A stretch of 32,000 bases of DNA from Alkalilimnicola ehrlichii MLHE-1 (GCF_000014785.1 NC_008340.1:2340001-2372000), one strand, 5' to 3'; shown: positions 15,635 through 26,896, counted from the stretch's first letter. Program-made: numbers and translations. Notes: generated by a model from the sequence alone, not told the origin.

Positions 15635-16311
15635 GCACCCCGCACCCCCGTTTTATGCTGTTTCCGCCGGTCATCACCTTCCTGCTGACCGTCAACGGGT
15701 TGGTGTTTCTGCTCCAGGGCTTCATGGGGCCGACACTGATCACCCACTTCGCGCTCTGGCCCCTGGGCACCCCCGACACCATGCCCTTCAGGGGTATGCT
15801 CACCCAGGTGCCGGAGTTCCAGGTCTGGCAGCTGCTGACCTACGGCTTTCTCCACGGGGGCCTGTTTCACCTGGTGGTCAACCTGTTCGCCATGTGGATG
15901 CTGGGGGTGCAGGTGGAGAACGCCTGGGGATCCCGGCTGTTCGCGATCTATTTTCTCGTCTGCGTGGTCGGAGCCGGTCTCGTGCAACTGGTGGTGGCCA
16001 CCCAGATGGCCGCCGACGGCGCCATCTACCCTACCGTCGGGGCCTCAGGCGGGGTTTTTGGTATCCTGCTCGCCTTCGGCATGATGTTCCCCAACCAGCG
16101 TCTGATGCTGATCTTCCTGCCGATCCCGATCAAGGCCAAGTACTTTGTCATGGCCTACGGGGCCTTTGAGCTGTTTGCCGGCATCACCCGCACCGATGCC
16201 GGTATCGCCCATTTCGCCCACCTGGGTGGCATGGTGGTGGGGCTGCTGTTGATCCAGTACTGGCGGGGGCGCCTGCCCATCAAGCCGCGCCGGCAGGTCT
16301 TCTGGTGGTAG
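15631..16311 (+). CDS. Rhomboid-family intramembrane serine protease
   Basis: 226 aa, polytopic. It has the motifs YGFLHGGLFHLVVNLFAMW, catalytic GASGGVFG and AHLGG. Its ATG overlaps the DGC stop (ATGA at 15631-15634). Confidence 0.85.
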   Translation: MSTPHPRFMLFPPVITFLLTVNGLVFLLQGFMGPTLITHFALWPLGTPDTMPFRGMLTQVPEFQVWQLLTYGFLHGGLFHLVVNLFAMWMLGVQVENAWGSRLFAIYFLVCVVGAGLVQLVVATQMAADGAIYPTVGASGGVFGILLAFGMMFPNQRLMLIFLPIPIKAKYFVMAYGAFELFAGITRTDAGIAHFAHLGGMVVGLLLIQYWRGRLPIKPRRQVFWW

Positions 16312-16459
16312 GCCGCGCACTGCTATCTCCAAGAGGGGAACTAGTTTATATTGGTAATAATGCACATAATGCCCTCCGGCGCCCGGGTGGGCCATCTATC
16401 TGACTAGCCGCTGTGATAGGCTTTCCGCAGGTTGCCATGGCAGACAGGATCCCCCTTAT

Positions 16460-18196
16460 ATGGTCACTGCGAATCCCAGCGTCAGGCTGAGCGGTCTGGC
16501 GGGACGCCTGGTCCGCGAGGGCCTGCTTGATGAAGCGACGGCCCGAAAGCACACCGAGCAGGCCGTGAAACAGCGGCGCCCACTGATCAGCCATCTGGTC
16601 GAGGCCAAGGTGCTGCCGGGCCATGAGGTCATCCAGCAGGCTGCCATCGAGTTCGGCATCCCGGCACTGGACCTGGCTGCCGTCGAGCCCGACATCAATG
16701 CCGTCAAGCTGGTTTCGGAGAAGCTGATCCGGACGCACCAGGCGCTGCCCCTGTTCCGCCGTGGCAAGCGGTTGTTCCTGGGCGTGGTCGACCCCACCAA
16801 CCTCGATGCCCTGGACGAGATCAAGTTCCACACGGGGCTGACCACCGAGGCCATCCTGGTGGAGCCGGACAAGCTCACCCAGGTGATGGAGCGGGCGCTG
16901 GATGCGGCGGCCGGGGGCGATGCCGCGCTCAAGGAACTGGACCTGGACGAGGACCTGGAGCACCTCTCGGTTGGCGGCGATGAGCCCCGGGAAGAGCGGG
17001 AGGTCGGCATCGCCGGCGAGGGCGAGAAGGACGACGCCCCGGTGGTACGATTCGTCAACAAGCTCCTGCTCGACGCCATCCGCAAGGGCGCCTCGGACAT
17101 CCACTTCGAACCCTTCGAAAAGGAGTACCGGGTCCGTTTCCGCCAGGACGGCATCCTCTACGAGGTCTCCAAACCGCCGGTGAACCTGGGTGGACGCCTG
17201 GCCGCGCGCCTGAAGGTGATGTCGCGCATGGACATCGCGGAAAAGCGCGTACCCCAGGATGGGCGTATCAAGATGAACATCTCCCGCAACCGGGCCATCG
17301 ACTTCCGGGTCAGTACCTGCCCCACGCTTTTCGGCGAAAAGGTGGTGCTGCGTATCCTCGACCCCAGCAGTGCCCAGATGGGGATCGACTCCCTGGGCTA
17401 CGAGCCGGAGCAGAAACAGCGCTACCTGGAGGCACTGAGCAAGCCCTACGGGATGATCCTGGTCACCGGCCCCACCGGCTCGGGCAAGACGGTGTCGCTG
17501 TACACCGGCCTCCACATCCTCAACACCCCGGACCGGAACATCTCCACCGCCGAGGACCCCTCCGAGATCAACATGCCCGGGGTCAACCAGGTCAACATCA
17601 ACCCCAAGGCCGGGCTCACCTTTGCCAATACCCTGCGCGCCTTCCTGCGCCAGGATCCGGACGTCATCATGGTGGGTGAGATCCGTGATCTGGAAACTGC
17701 CGAGATCGCCATCAAGGCGGCCCAGACCGGGCACCTGGTGCTCTCCACCCTGCACACCAATGACGCCCCGCAAACCCTGACCCGCCTGGCCAACATGGGT
17801 GTGCCCGCCTACAACATCGCCTCCTCGGTGACCCTGATCATCGCCCAACGGCTAGCCCGCCGGCTCTGCAAGCACTGCAAGGTGCCGGAGGAGGTCCCCC
17901 GCGAGACCCTGCTGGAGGAGGGGTTCACCGAAGCGGATCTGGAGGCCGGCGTCACGGTCTACGCACCCCAGGGCTGCGAGCACTGCACCGAGGGCTACAA
18001 GGGCCGGGTGGGTATCTACCAGGTGATGCCCGTCTCCGACGCCATGGGCCGCCTGATCATGGAGGGCGGCAACGCCATGCAGTTGGCCGACCAGGCGGCC
18101 AGAGAGGGGATTGATGACCTGCGCCGCTCCGGTCTGCGCAAGGTCATTCAGGGGATGACCAGCCTGCAGGAAGTCAACCGGGTCACCAAGGACTGA
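16460..18196 (+). CDS. pilB: Type IV pilus assembly ATPase PilB
   Basis: 578 aa. N-terminal GspE-N-like repeats, Walker A GPTGSGKT, Asp/His boxes and a tetracysteine motif (CKHC...CEHC). Confidence 0.93.
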   Translation: MVTANPSVRLSGLAGRLVREGLLDEATARKHTEQAVKQRRPLISHLVEAKVLPGHEVIQQAAIEFGIPALDLAAVEPDINAVKLVSEKLIRTHQALPLFRRGKRLFLGVVDPTNLDALDEIKFHTGLTTEAILVEPDKLTQVMERALDAAAGGDAALKELDLDEDLEHLSVGGDEPREEREVGIAGEGEKDDAPVVRFVNKLLLDAIRKGASDIHFEPFEKEYRVRFRQDGILYEVSKPPVNLGGRLAARLKVMSRMDIAEKRVPQDGRIKMNISRNRAIDFRVSTCPTLFGEKVVLRILDPSSAQMGIDSLGYEPEQKQRYLEALSKPYGMILVTGPTGSGKTVSLYTGLHILNTPDRNISTAEDPSEINMPGVNQVNINPKAGLTFANTLRAFLRQDPDVIMVGEIRDLETAEIAIKAAQTGHLVLSTLHTNDAPQTLTRLANMGVPAYNIASSVTLIIAQRLARRLCKHCKVPEEVPRETLLEEGFTEADLEAGVTVYAPQGCEHCTEGYKGRVGIYQVMPVSDAMGRLIMEGGNAMQLADQAAREGIDDLRRSGLRKVIQGMTSLQEVNRVTKD

Positions 18197-18220
18197 TCAC
18201 CGCTTTTACGGGAACCGCAT

Positions 18221-19474
18221 ATGGCCGTCGCCACCGCAAAGAAAGCCAGTCGCAAGAAGCCCAGGCAGCAACCCGTGTTCAACTGGGAGGGCACCGACAA
18301 GCGCGGCGCCAAGGTCAAGGGCAGCATGCACTCGGAGAATGCCCTGGCGCTGAAGGCCGAGCTGCGCCGCCAGGGCATCATCCCCTCCAAGGTGCGCAAG
18401 CGCTCCGCGCTGGAGGACCTGCTCAGCGGCGGCAACAAGAAGATCAAGCCGGCGGACATCGCCTATTTCAGCCGCCAGCTCGCCACCATGCTGCAGTCCG
18501 GCGTGCCGCTGGTTCAGGCCCTGGATATCGTCGGCAAGGGGGACGAGCACGCCGGCATGCGCCAGCTCGTGGCGGAGATCAAGAACGATGTGGAGTCGGG
18601 CACGGCCCTGCACACCGCCCTACAGAAGCACCCGCGCTATTTCGATGACCTGTTCGTCAGTCTGGTGGCGGCCGGGGAGTCCGCGGGGGTGTTGGACACC
18701 CTGCTGGACAAGATCGCCACCTACAAGGAAAAGACCGAGTCGATCAAGGGCAAGATCAAGAAGGCCCTGTTCTACCCCACGGCGGTGATCGTGGTGGCCA
18801 TCGTGGTCACCGCCATCCTGCTGATCTGGGTCGTGCCGCAGTTCGAGTCGCTGTTCCGCGGCTTCGGTGCCGACCTGCCGTTGTTCACCCAGATGGTGAT
18901 CAACCTGTCGGACTTCATGCAGAGCTACTGGTTCATCATGCTGGCCGCGGCCATCGGGCTGGGCTGGGGGTTCAGCACCGCCAAGCGACGATCGAAGGCC
19001 TTCTCACGCAGCGTGGACCGGTTTTCGCTGAAGATCCCTGCCATCGGCAACATCCTTTACAAGGCCTCGGTGGCCCGCTTCGCCCGTACCCTCGCCACCA
19101 TGTTCGCCGCCGGGGTGCCCCTGGTGGAGGGGCTGCGCTCGGTGGCCAGTGCCACCGGCAACTATGTGTTCGAGTCAGCGGTGCTGCAGATTCGCGAGCA
19201 GGTGGCCGCCGGCCAGCAGCTGCAGATCTCCATGCGACTGTCCAATCTCTTCCCCAATATGGCCATCCAAATGGTGGCCATCGGCGAGGAGTCCGGCTCG
19301 TTGGACAGCATGCTCGCCAAGGTGGCCGACTACTACGAGGAGGAGGTGGACAACGCCATCGATAGCCTCAGCAGCCTGCTGGAGCCGATGATCATGGCGA
19401 TCCTCGGCATCCTGGTGGGCGGACTGGTCATCGCCATGTATCTGCCCATCTTCCAGATGGGCGCCGCCATCTGA
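18221..19474 (+). CDS. pilC: Type IV pilus platform protein PilC
   Basis: 417 aa with two GspF-type repeats (FSRQLATMLQSGVPL.. and FARTLATMFAAGVPL..). It lies between pilB and pilD. Confidence 0.93.
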   Translation: MAVATAKKASRKKPRQQPVFNWEGTDKRGAKVKGSMHSENALALKAELRRQGIIPSKVRKRSALEDLLSGGNKKIKPADIAYFSRQLATMLQSGVPLVQALDIVGKGDEHAGMRQLVAEIKNDVESGTALHTALQKHPRYFDDLFVSLVAAGESAGVLDTLLDKIATYKEKTESIKGKIKKALFYPTAVIVVAIVVTAILLIWVVPQFESLFRGFGADLPLFTQMVINLSDFMQSYWFIMLAAAIGLGWGFSTAKRRSKAFSRSVDRFSLKIPAIGNILYKASVARFARTLATMFAAGVPLVEGLRSVASATGNYVFESAVLQIREQVAAGQQLQISMRLSNLFPNMAIQMVAIGEESGSLDSMLAKVADYYEEEVDNAIDSLSSLLEPMIMAILGILVGGLVIAMYLPIFQMGAAI

Positions 19475-19475
19475 C

Positions 19476-20357
19476 ATGGTGGGCGAACTCAACGCCCTCC
19501 TGGCCGACAACGCCCCGCTTGCGGCGGCCCTGGCCCTGGTGCTGGGGCTGCTGGTCGGCAGCTTTCTCAATGTGGTCATACTGCGCCTACCGATCATGAT
19601 GGAGCGGGCGTGGGCATCCGAGGTGGCGGCCAGCCGGGGTGAGGTGCACGAGGACGCGCAGTCCACCCCCTTCAACCTGGTCACGCCCCGCTCCCACTGC
19701 CCGCAGTGCGGGCACACCCTCTCCGCGCTGGAGAACATCCCGGTGGTGAGCTGGTTGCTGCTGCGCGGCCGCTGCCGAGCCTGTGGCACCCGGATCAGCG
19801 GCCGCTACCCGCTGGTGGAACTGACCACCGGCCTGCTCTCCGCGCTGGTGGTGCTGCAACTGGGCTGGACCCCGGAGACCGCGGCCGCACTGCTGCTCAC
19901 CTGGACGCTGGTGGCCCTTTCCGGGATCGACCTCGATCACCAATTGCTGCCCGACAGCCTCACCCTGCCGCTGCTCTGGGCCGGGCTGCTGGTGAACAGC
20001 ACCGGTCTGTTCGCCGAACTCACGGACGCCGTCTGGGGCGCGGCCCTGGGCTATCTGGTGCTGTGGGGGGTATTCCATGCCTTCCGCCTGCTCACCGGTA
20101 AGGAGGGTATGGGCTACGGCGACTTCAAACTGCTCGCCGCCCTCGGCGCCTGGCTGGGCTGGCAGGCCCTGCCGTTGATCATTCTGCTCTCGTCCCTGGT
20201 CGGTGCTGCAGTGGGCATCGCCCTGATAGCGCTCAAGGGCCGGGGCCGCGAGGTGCCCATCCCCTTCGGGCCCTACATCGCCGCCGCCGGCTTCATCACC
20301 CTGCTCTGGGGAGAGGCCCTGGTGCACTGGTATTTCCGGGCCTCGGGGTTGGCCTGA
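19476..20357 (+). CDS. pilD: Prepilin peptidase / N-methyltransferase PilD (A24 family)
   Basis: 293 aa. CPQCGH...CRACG zinc motif, with the catalytic Asp motifs in SGIDLDHQLLPD and GMGYGDFKLLAALG. Confidence 0.93.
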   Translation: MVGELNALLADNAPLAAALALVLGLLVGSFLNVVILRLPIMMERAWASEVAASRGEVHEDAQSTPFNLVTPRSHCPQCGHTLSALENIPVVSWLLLRGRCRACGTRISGRYPLVELTTGLLSALVVLQLGWTPETAAALLLTWTLVALSGIDLDHQLLPDSLTLPLLWAGLLVNSTGLFAELTDAVWGAALGYLVLWGVFHAFRLLTGKEGMGYGDFKLLAALGAWLGWQALPLIILLSSLVGAAVGIALIALKGRGREVPIPFGPYIAAAGFITLLWGEALVHWYFRASGLA

Positions 20358-21007
20358 TGGGCCGCCCCACCACCCCCCCGGGCCCCGACCTGGTCATTGG
20401 CGTGACCGGCGGGATTGCCAGTGGCAAGTCCACCGTCACCGGCCTGTTCGCCGCCCGCGGACTGCCGGTGGTGGACACCGACCTGATCGCCCGGGAGGTG
20501 GTCCGGCCGGGCAGTCCGGGGCTGGCGCGATTGACTCGGGCCTTTGGCCGCGGGATTGTCAATGCCCAGGGGGCCCTGGACCGTACCGCCCTGCGCCGGC
20601 GCATATTGTCGCAGCCCGGTGAGCGGGAGCGTCTCAATGGGCTGCTCCATCCATTGATCTTCCAGCGCATGGAGGCGCGGCTGGCGGCGATCCGCGCACC
20701 GCTGGCACTGGTGGCCATCCCCCTGCTGGTTGAGACCGGTGCCAGCAAATACCTTGACCGGATACTGGTTGTAGATGTGCCTGAGACCTGTCAGATTAAA
20801 CGCTTGAAAGTTCGTGACGGCATGACTCAGGAGGACGCCGAGCGTATGCTGGTCACCCAGGCAAGCCGGGGGGAGCGATTGGCCCACGCCACGGACGTCA
20901 TCGACAACGCCGGTCCCCCCTCCGACCTGACGGACCAGGTCGCTTGCCACTACCGTCTCTGGCTGAAACTCGTAACCGGACTTGGAGCCGCCCATGATGT
21001 GGAGTGA
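20357..21007 (+). CDS. coaE: Dephospho-CoA kinase
   Basis: 216 aa. P-loop IGVTGGIASGKSTV. Its ATG overlaps the pilD TGA by 1 nt (TGATG). Confidence 0.88.
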   Translation: MGRPTTPPGPDLVIGVTGGIASGKSTVTGLFAARGLPVVDTDLIAREVVRPGSPGLARLTRAFGRGIVNAQGALDRTALRRRILSQPGERERLNGLLHPLIFQRMEARLAAIRAPLALVAIPLLVETGASKYLDRILVVDVPETCQIKRLKVRDGMTQEDAERMLVTQASRGERLAHATDVIDNAGPPSDLTDQVACHYRLWLKLVTGLGAAHDVE

Positions 21008-21851
21008 CAATGACCTGTTACTGGCCACCGGCCTGCTATCGAGTGAGACGGATATGCCCGCAAGCGTCCCCGAGAGCGAGATCACCCGCCAGATCGTCTA
21101 CGAGCAGCCCCTGAACGAACGCATCCGCACCCTGCTGCGCCTGGAGCACCTGTTCCAAACCGCCCGCCAGGGCATCGCCGGGGACAGCGAACTGCACAGC
21201 CGCATCGGCATCGAGGCGCTGGTGGACGTGCTCGGGGTGTTGTCACGCAGTGATGTGCGCTCTGACATGATCAAGGAGCTGGAGCGCCTGGCCGGCGCCA
21301 TGCAAGCGTTGCGGGACCGGCCCGGGGTGGATGAGGCCCAGTTACAACGCTACACCGACGACTGCCAGGCCATCATCGACCGCCTGCGCGGCGACCGCAC
21401 GCCCCTCGGCCAACCGATGCGGGACGATGAGCTCATCGCCAGCATCTCCCAGCGCTGCGGCCTAGGCGCCGCCACCTGCGGCTTCGACGTCCCCGCCTAC
21501 CAGATGTGGCTGGAGCAACCGGCCGCAAAACGCCGCGAGACCCTGGAGCGCTGGTTCAATGCCTTCCGCGACGTGGGCACCGCCACGACGCTGATCCTGC
21601 AATTGCTGCGCGCCAGTGCAAGCCCACGCCGGCGCCAGGCCGAGGGGGGCGCCACCCAGATCAAACTCCCCCGCAACAACAACTTCCAGCTCATCCGCGT
21701 GGGGTTGGATCCGGAGCTGGCGGTCTTCCCCGAGATCAGCGGCAGCCGGTATTTTGTCACCATCCGCTTCATGGCCCAGCCGGATACCCGGGAGCGGCCG
21801 GAGCAGACCCGCGCAGCCATCCCCTTCAGCCTCTACACCTGCGCGATCTGA
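20994..21851 (+). CDS. zapD: Cell division protein ZapD (YacF family)
   Basis: The core IVYEQPLNERIRTLLRLEHLF matches E. coli ZapD ([20 protein letters not shown]). The start is unresolved. ATG at 20994 has GGAG 6 nt upstream, ATG at 21054 fits the E. coli N-terminus better, and the track start at 20982 is a TTG. Confidence 0.82.
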   Translation: MMWSDNDLLLATGLLSSETDMPASVPESEITRQIVYEQPLNERIRTLLRLEHLFQTARQGIAGDSELHSRIGIEALVDVLGVLSRSDVRSDMIKELERLAGAMQALRDRPGVDEAQLQRYTDDCQAIIDRLRGDRTPLGQPMRDDELIASISQRCGLGAATCGFDVPAYQMWLEQPAAKRRETLERWFNAFRDVGTATTLILQLLRASASPRRRQAEGGATQIKLPRNNNFQLIRVGLDPELAVFPEISGSRYFVTIRFMAQPDTRERPEQTRAAIPFSLYTCAI

Positions 21852-21884
21852 GGCGGCCGGCGGCGCCTCCGCCATCGGCGCGCT

Positions 21885-22844
21885 CTATGGCGGCGATCCG
21901 CGCGGCGGCCAGAAGCCGCGGATCCCCGCCACCCCGTGCGCCCCATGGGCCCAGGCCAACTCCAGCGCCTCCGGCCCCAAGCCACCCAAGGCGTAGACCG
22001 GCAGGTCCACCCGGCCCAGCCAGTCCCGGAATCGCTCCCAGCCCAACGGCACCTGCCGGGGGTGCGAGGCCGTGGCGGCGACCGGAGAGAGCAGCGCATA
22101 GTCCAGCCCCAGGGCCTCGGCCCGGGCCAGTTCCTCAGGGCTGTGGCAGGAGGCCCCCACCCGCACAAAGCCCTCGGGACGCGCCTCGCAGGCCATCAGC
22201 GCGCGGGCGTTCAGGTGCAGGGCGTGACCACCGGCGCGGCGTGCCACCGCGGGTGAGCGGTTCGCGGTCACGTCCACCCCCCGGGGCCCCAGGGTCCTGA
22301 TGGCCAACGCCAGCGCCCGGCCATAGGCCCGATCATCCCAGTCCGGCAGACGCAGCTGCAGCCAGGCCCCGCGAGCCGGCACGGCCAGCGACTGGAGCCG
22401 GCGCGCCAGGCCCGCCAGGTCACCGGGGGCCAGCGGCTCGGTGATGATCAGAAAGGGCGGCAGGGCCAGCCGTCGGATGATGGGGAGATTGGCCTGCGGA
22501 AAAGGCCGGCGGGCCAACTCCGTGGCCCTCAGCCAGGCCAGCGGCTGGCCCTCGAGCCCGCGTGGCTCGCCCCGCCAGGCGCTCACCCGGTGCACATCCA
22601 GGCTGACGCGGCGGTCCGGGTAGTCGTGTTCGATGCGCATCATCGGCGAGGTGCGGGTGGGGCTGATCGCCAACTCCTCCTCGAGTTCGCGGCAGAGCGC
22701 CTGCACCACCGTCTCGCCCGGCTCCACCTTGCCGCCGGGAAACTCCCACCGCCCGCCCTGGTGGCGGTGGGCGGCCCGGCGCGCCACCAGTACCCGCTGC
22801 CGGTCGTCGAGGATGACACCCACGGCCACGTGCAGACGCGCCAT
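21885..22844 (-). CDS. mutT: Nudix hydrolase MutT (8-oxo-dGTP diphosphatase-like) fused to a ThiE/TenI-like C-terminal domain
   Basis: 319 aa. The N-terminal Nudix box is GGRWEFPGGKVEPGETVVQALCRELEEELAI. The C-terminal ~190 aa has a ThiE/TenI-like pattern (GASCHS..E...A...G.DYALLSPV..T.SHP, PVYALGG). Confidence 0.85.
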   Translation of the reverse strand: MARLHVAVGVILDDRQRVLVARRAAHRHQGGRWEFPGGKVEPGETVVQALCRELEEELAISPTRTSPMMRIEHDYPDRRVSLDVHRVSAWRGEPRGLEGQPLAWLRATELARRPFPQANLPIIRRLALPPFLIITEPLAPGDLAGLARRLQSLAVPARGAWLQLRLPDWDDRAYGRALALAIRTLGPRGVDVTANRSPAVARRAGGHALHLNARALMACEARPEGFVRVGASCHSPEELARAEALGLDYALLSPVAATASHPRQVPLGWERFRDWLGRVDLPVYALGGLGPEALELAWAHGAHGVAGIRGFWPPRGSPP

Positions 22845-22848
22845 GGGC

Positions 22849-24045
22849 TCAGGTACGGTACTCCGCGTTGATGCGCACGTAGTCGTAGGAGAAATCGCAG
22901 GTCCAGACGGTGGCGGCGGCCGCGCCCCGCCCCAGGCCGATGCGGATGGTCACCTCCGAGCCCTGGATGCGGCGGGAGGCCTCGGCCTCATCGTACCCGG
23001 CGGCCCGTCCCCCCTGTTCGGCGATCCGGTAATCGTCCAGGTCGATGGTCACGCCGGCGACGTCCAGATCATCGATGCCCGCCCTGCCCACCGCGGCCAG
23101 GATGCGCCCCCAGTTGGGGTCGGCGGCGAACAGGGCCGTCTTCACCAGGGGCGACTCGGCCACGGTGAAGGCCACCCGCTCGGCCTCGGCGACCGCCTGC
23201 GCGCCCTCCACGACGACATTGATCAGCCGGGTGGCGCCCTCGCCGTCGCGGGCGATCGCCCGTGCCAGGGTGACGCAGAGGTCGGTCAGGGCGGAGGCCA
23301 ACCGCTCACGGTCCCCCTCGCCGGCAAGCGCCACACCGGAGTGGCCGGTGGCCACCAGCGTACAGGCATCGTTGGTGGAGGTGTCGCCGTCCACCGTCAC
23401 CCGGTTGAAGGATTGGGCGACCGCCTCGCCCAGCAACCCTTGCAGGGTGGCCTGCGGGATGTCGGCGTCGGTGGCCACGAAGGCCAGCATGGTGGCCATG
23501 TTGGGCCGGATCATGCCCGAGCCCTTGGCCATGCCGGTCAGCGTCACCGCCCCGCCCGCCAGCTGGACCGTGGCTGAGGCCAGCTTGGGCCGGGTGTCGG
23601 TGGTGAGAATGCCCCAACCGGCCTCCTGCCAGCCCGCCTCACTCAGGGCCGCCACCGCGTCCGGCAGCCCGGCGACGATGCGGTCCACCGGCAACGGCTC
23701 ACCGATGACACCGGTGGAGAAGGGCAGGACCGCCTCGGGCGCCACGCCCACCTGCTGGGCCAGGGCCTGGCAGCAGGCGCGGGCGTCGCGCATCCCGGCC
23801 TCGCCGGTGCCGGCGTTGGCGTTGCCGGTATTGATCAGCAGCCAGCGGGGGCTACCGGCGGCCAGGTGCTCGCGCGCCACGTGCACCGGTGCGGCGCAGA
23901 AGCGGTTGCGGGTAAAGACCGCGGCGCAGCGGCTGCCGGCGGCCAGTTCCATGACCACCAAGTCCCGTTGCCCGACCCGCTTGATACCCGCCTGGGCCGT
24001 GCCGAGCCGTACACCGGGCACGGGAAGCGGCTGCGGTTCGCTCAT
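22849..24045 (-). CDS. argJ: Bifunctional glutamate N-acetyltransferase / amino-acid acetyltransferase ArgJ
   Basis: 398 aa. GGAGGG SD. Self-cleavage region PNMATMLAFVATDA and the C-terminal CDFSYDYVRINAEYRT are typical of ArgJ. Confidence 0.93.
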   Translation of the reverse strand: MSEPQPLPVPGVRLGTAQAGIKRVGQRDLVVMELAAGSRCAAVFTRNRFCAAPVHVAREHLAAGSPRWLLINTGNANAGTGEAGMRDARACCQALAQQVGVAPEAVLPFSTGVIGEPLPVDRIVAGLPDAVAALSEAGWQEAGWGILTTDTRPKLASATVQLAGGAVTLTGMAKGSGMIRPNMATMLAFVATDADIPQATLQGLLGEAVAQSFNRVTVDGDTSTNDACTLVATGHSGVALAGEGDRERLASALTDLCVTLARAIARDGEGATRLINVVVEGAQAVAEAERVAFTVAESPLVKTALFAADPNWGRILAAVGRAGIDDLDVAGVTIDLDDYRIAEQGGRAAGYDEAEASRRIQGSEVTIRIGLGRGAAAATVWTCDFSYDYVRINAEYRT

Positions 24046-24055
24046 GCCACCCTCC

Positions 24056-26785
<2,730 letters not shown>

Positions 26786-26896
26786 GAACTCTCCCAGGGG
26801 GACTGCTCGGGTTTCATCGATGGTTCGGGAAGCGACCTACTATATATCATATGGCTGGGGGTCGCATGACCCCGGCGGCAACCGCGGAGAGACCCG

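Noticed and set aside
16346-17848. 500-aa minus-strand ORF opposite pilB
   Set aside because: It is antisense to a full-length, motif-complete PilB, and its composition is artefactual. The same reasoning applies to 30432-31904 (opposite mrpA), 3114-4220 (opposite the GGDEF-EAL gene), 6974-8068 (opposite rhlB), 28931-30229 (opposite fbaB) and 13565-14464 (opposite the MotB-like gene).
21852-21884. yacG or another small gene between zapD and mutT
   Set aside because: The gap is only 33 nt between convergent stops, leaving no room for an ORF. The GGCGG...CCGCC partial palindrome there is too weak to call a terminator.
26786-26896. secM-like leader peptide or regulatory ORF upstream of secA
   Set aside because: I found no ORF with an arrest-peptide-like sequence on the secA strand in this 111-nt divergent promoter region. 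There is only an AT-rich CTATATATCATATGG stretch consistent with promoter elements.
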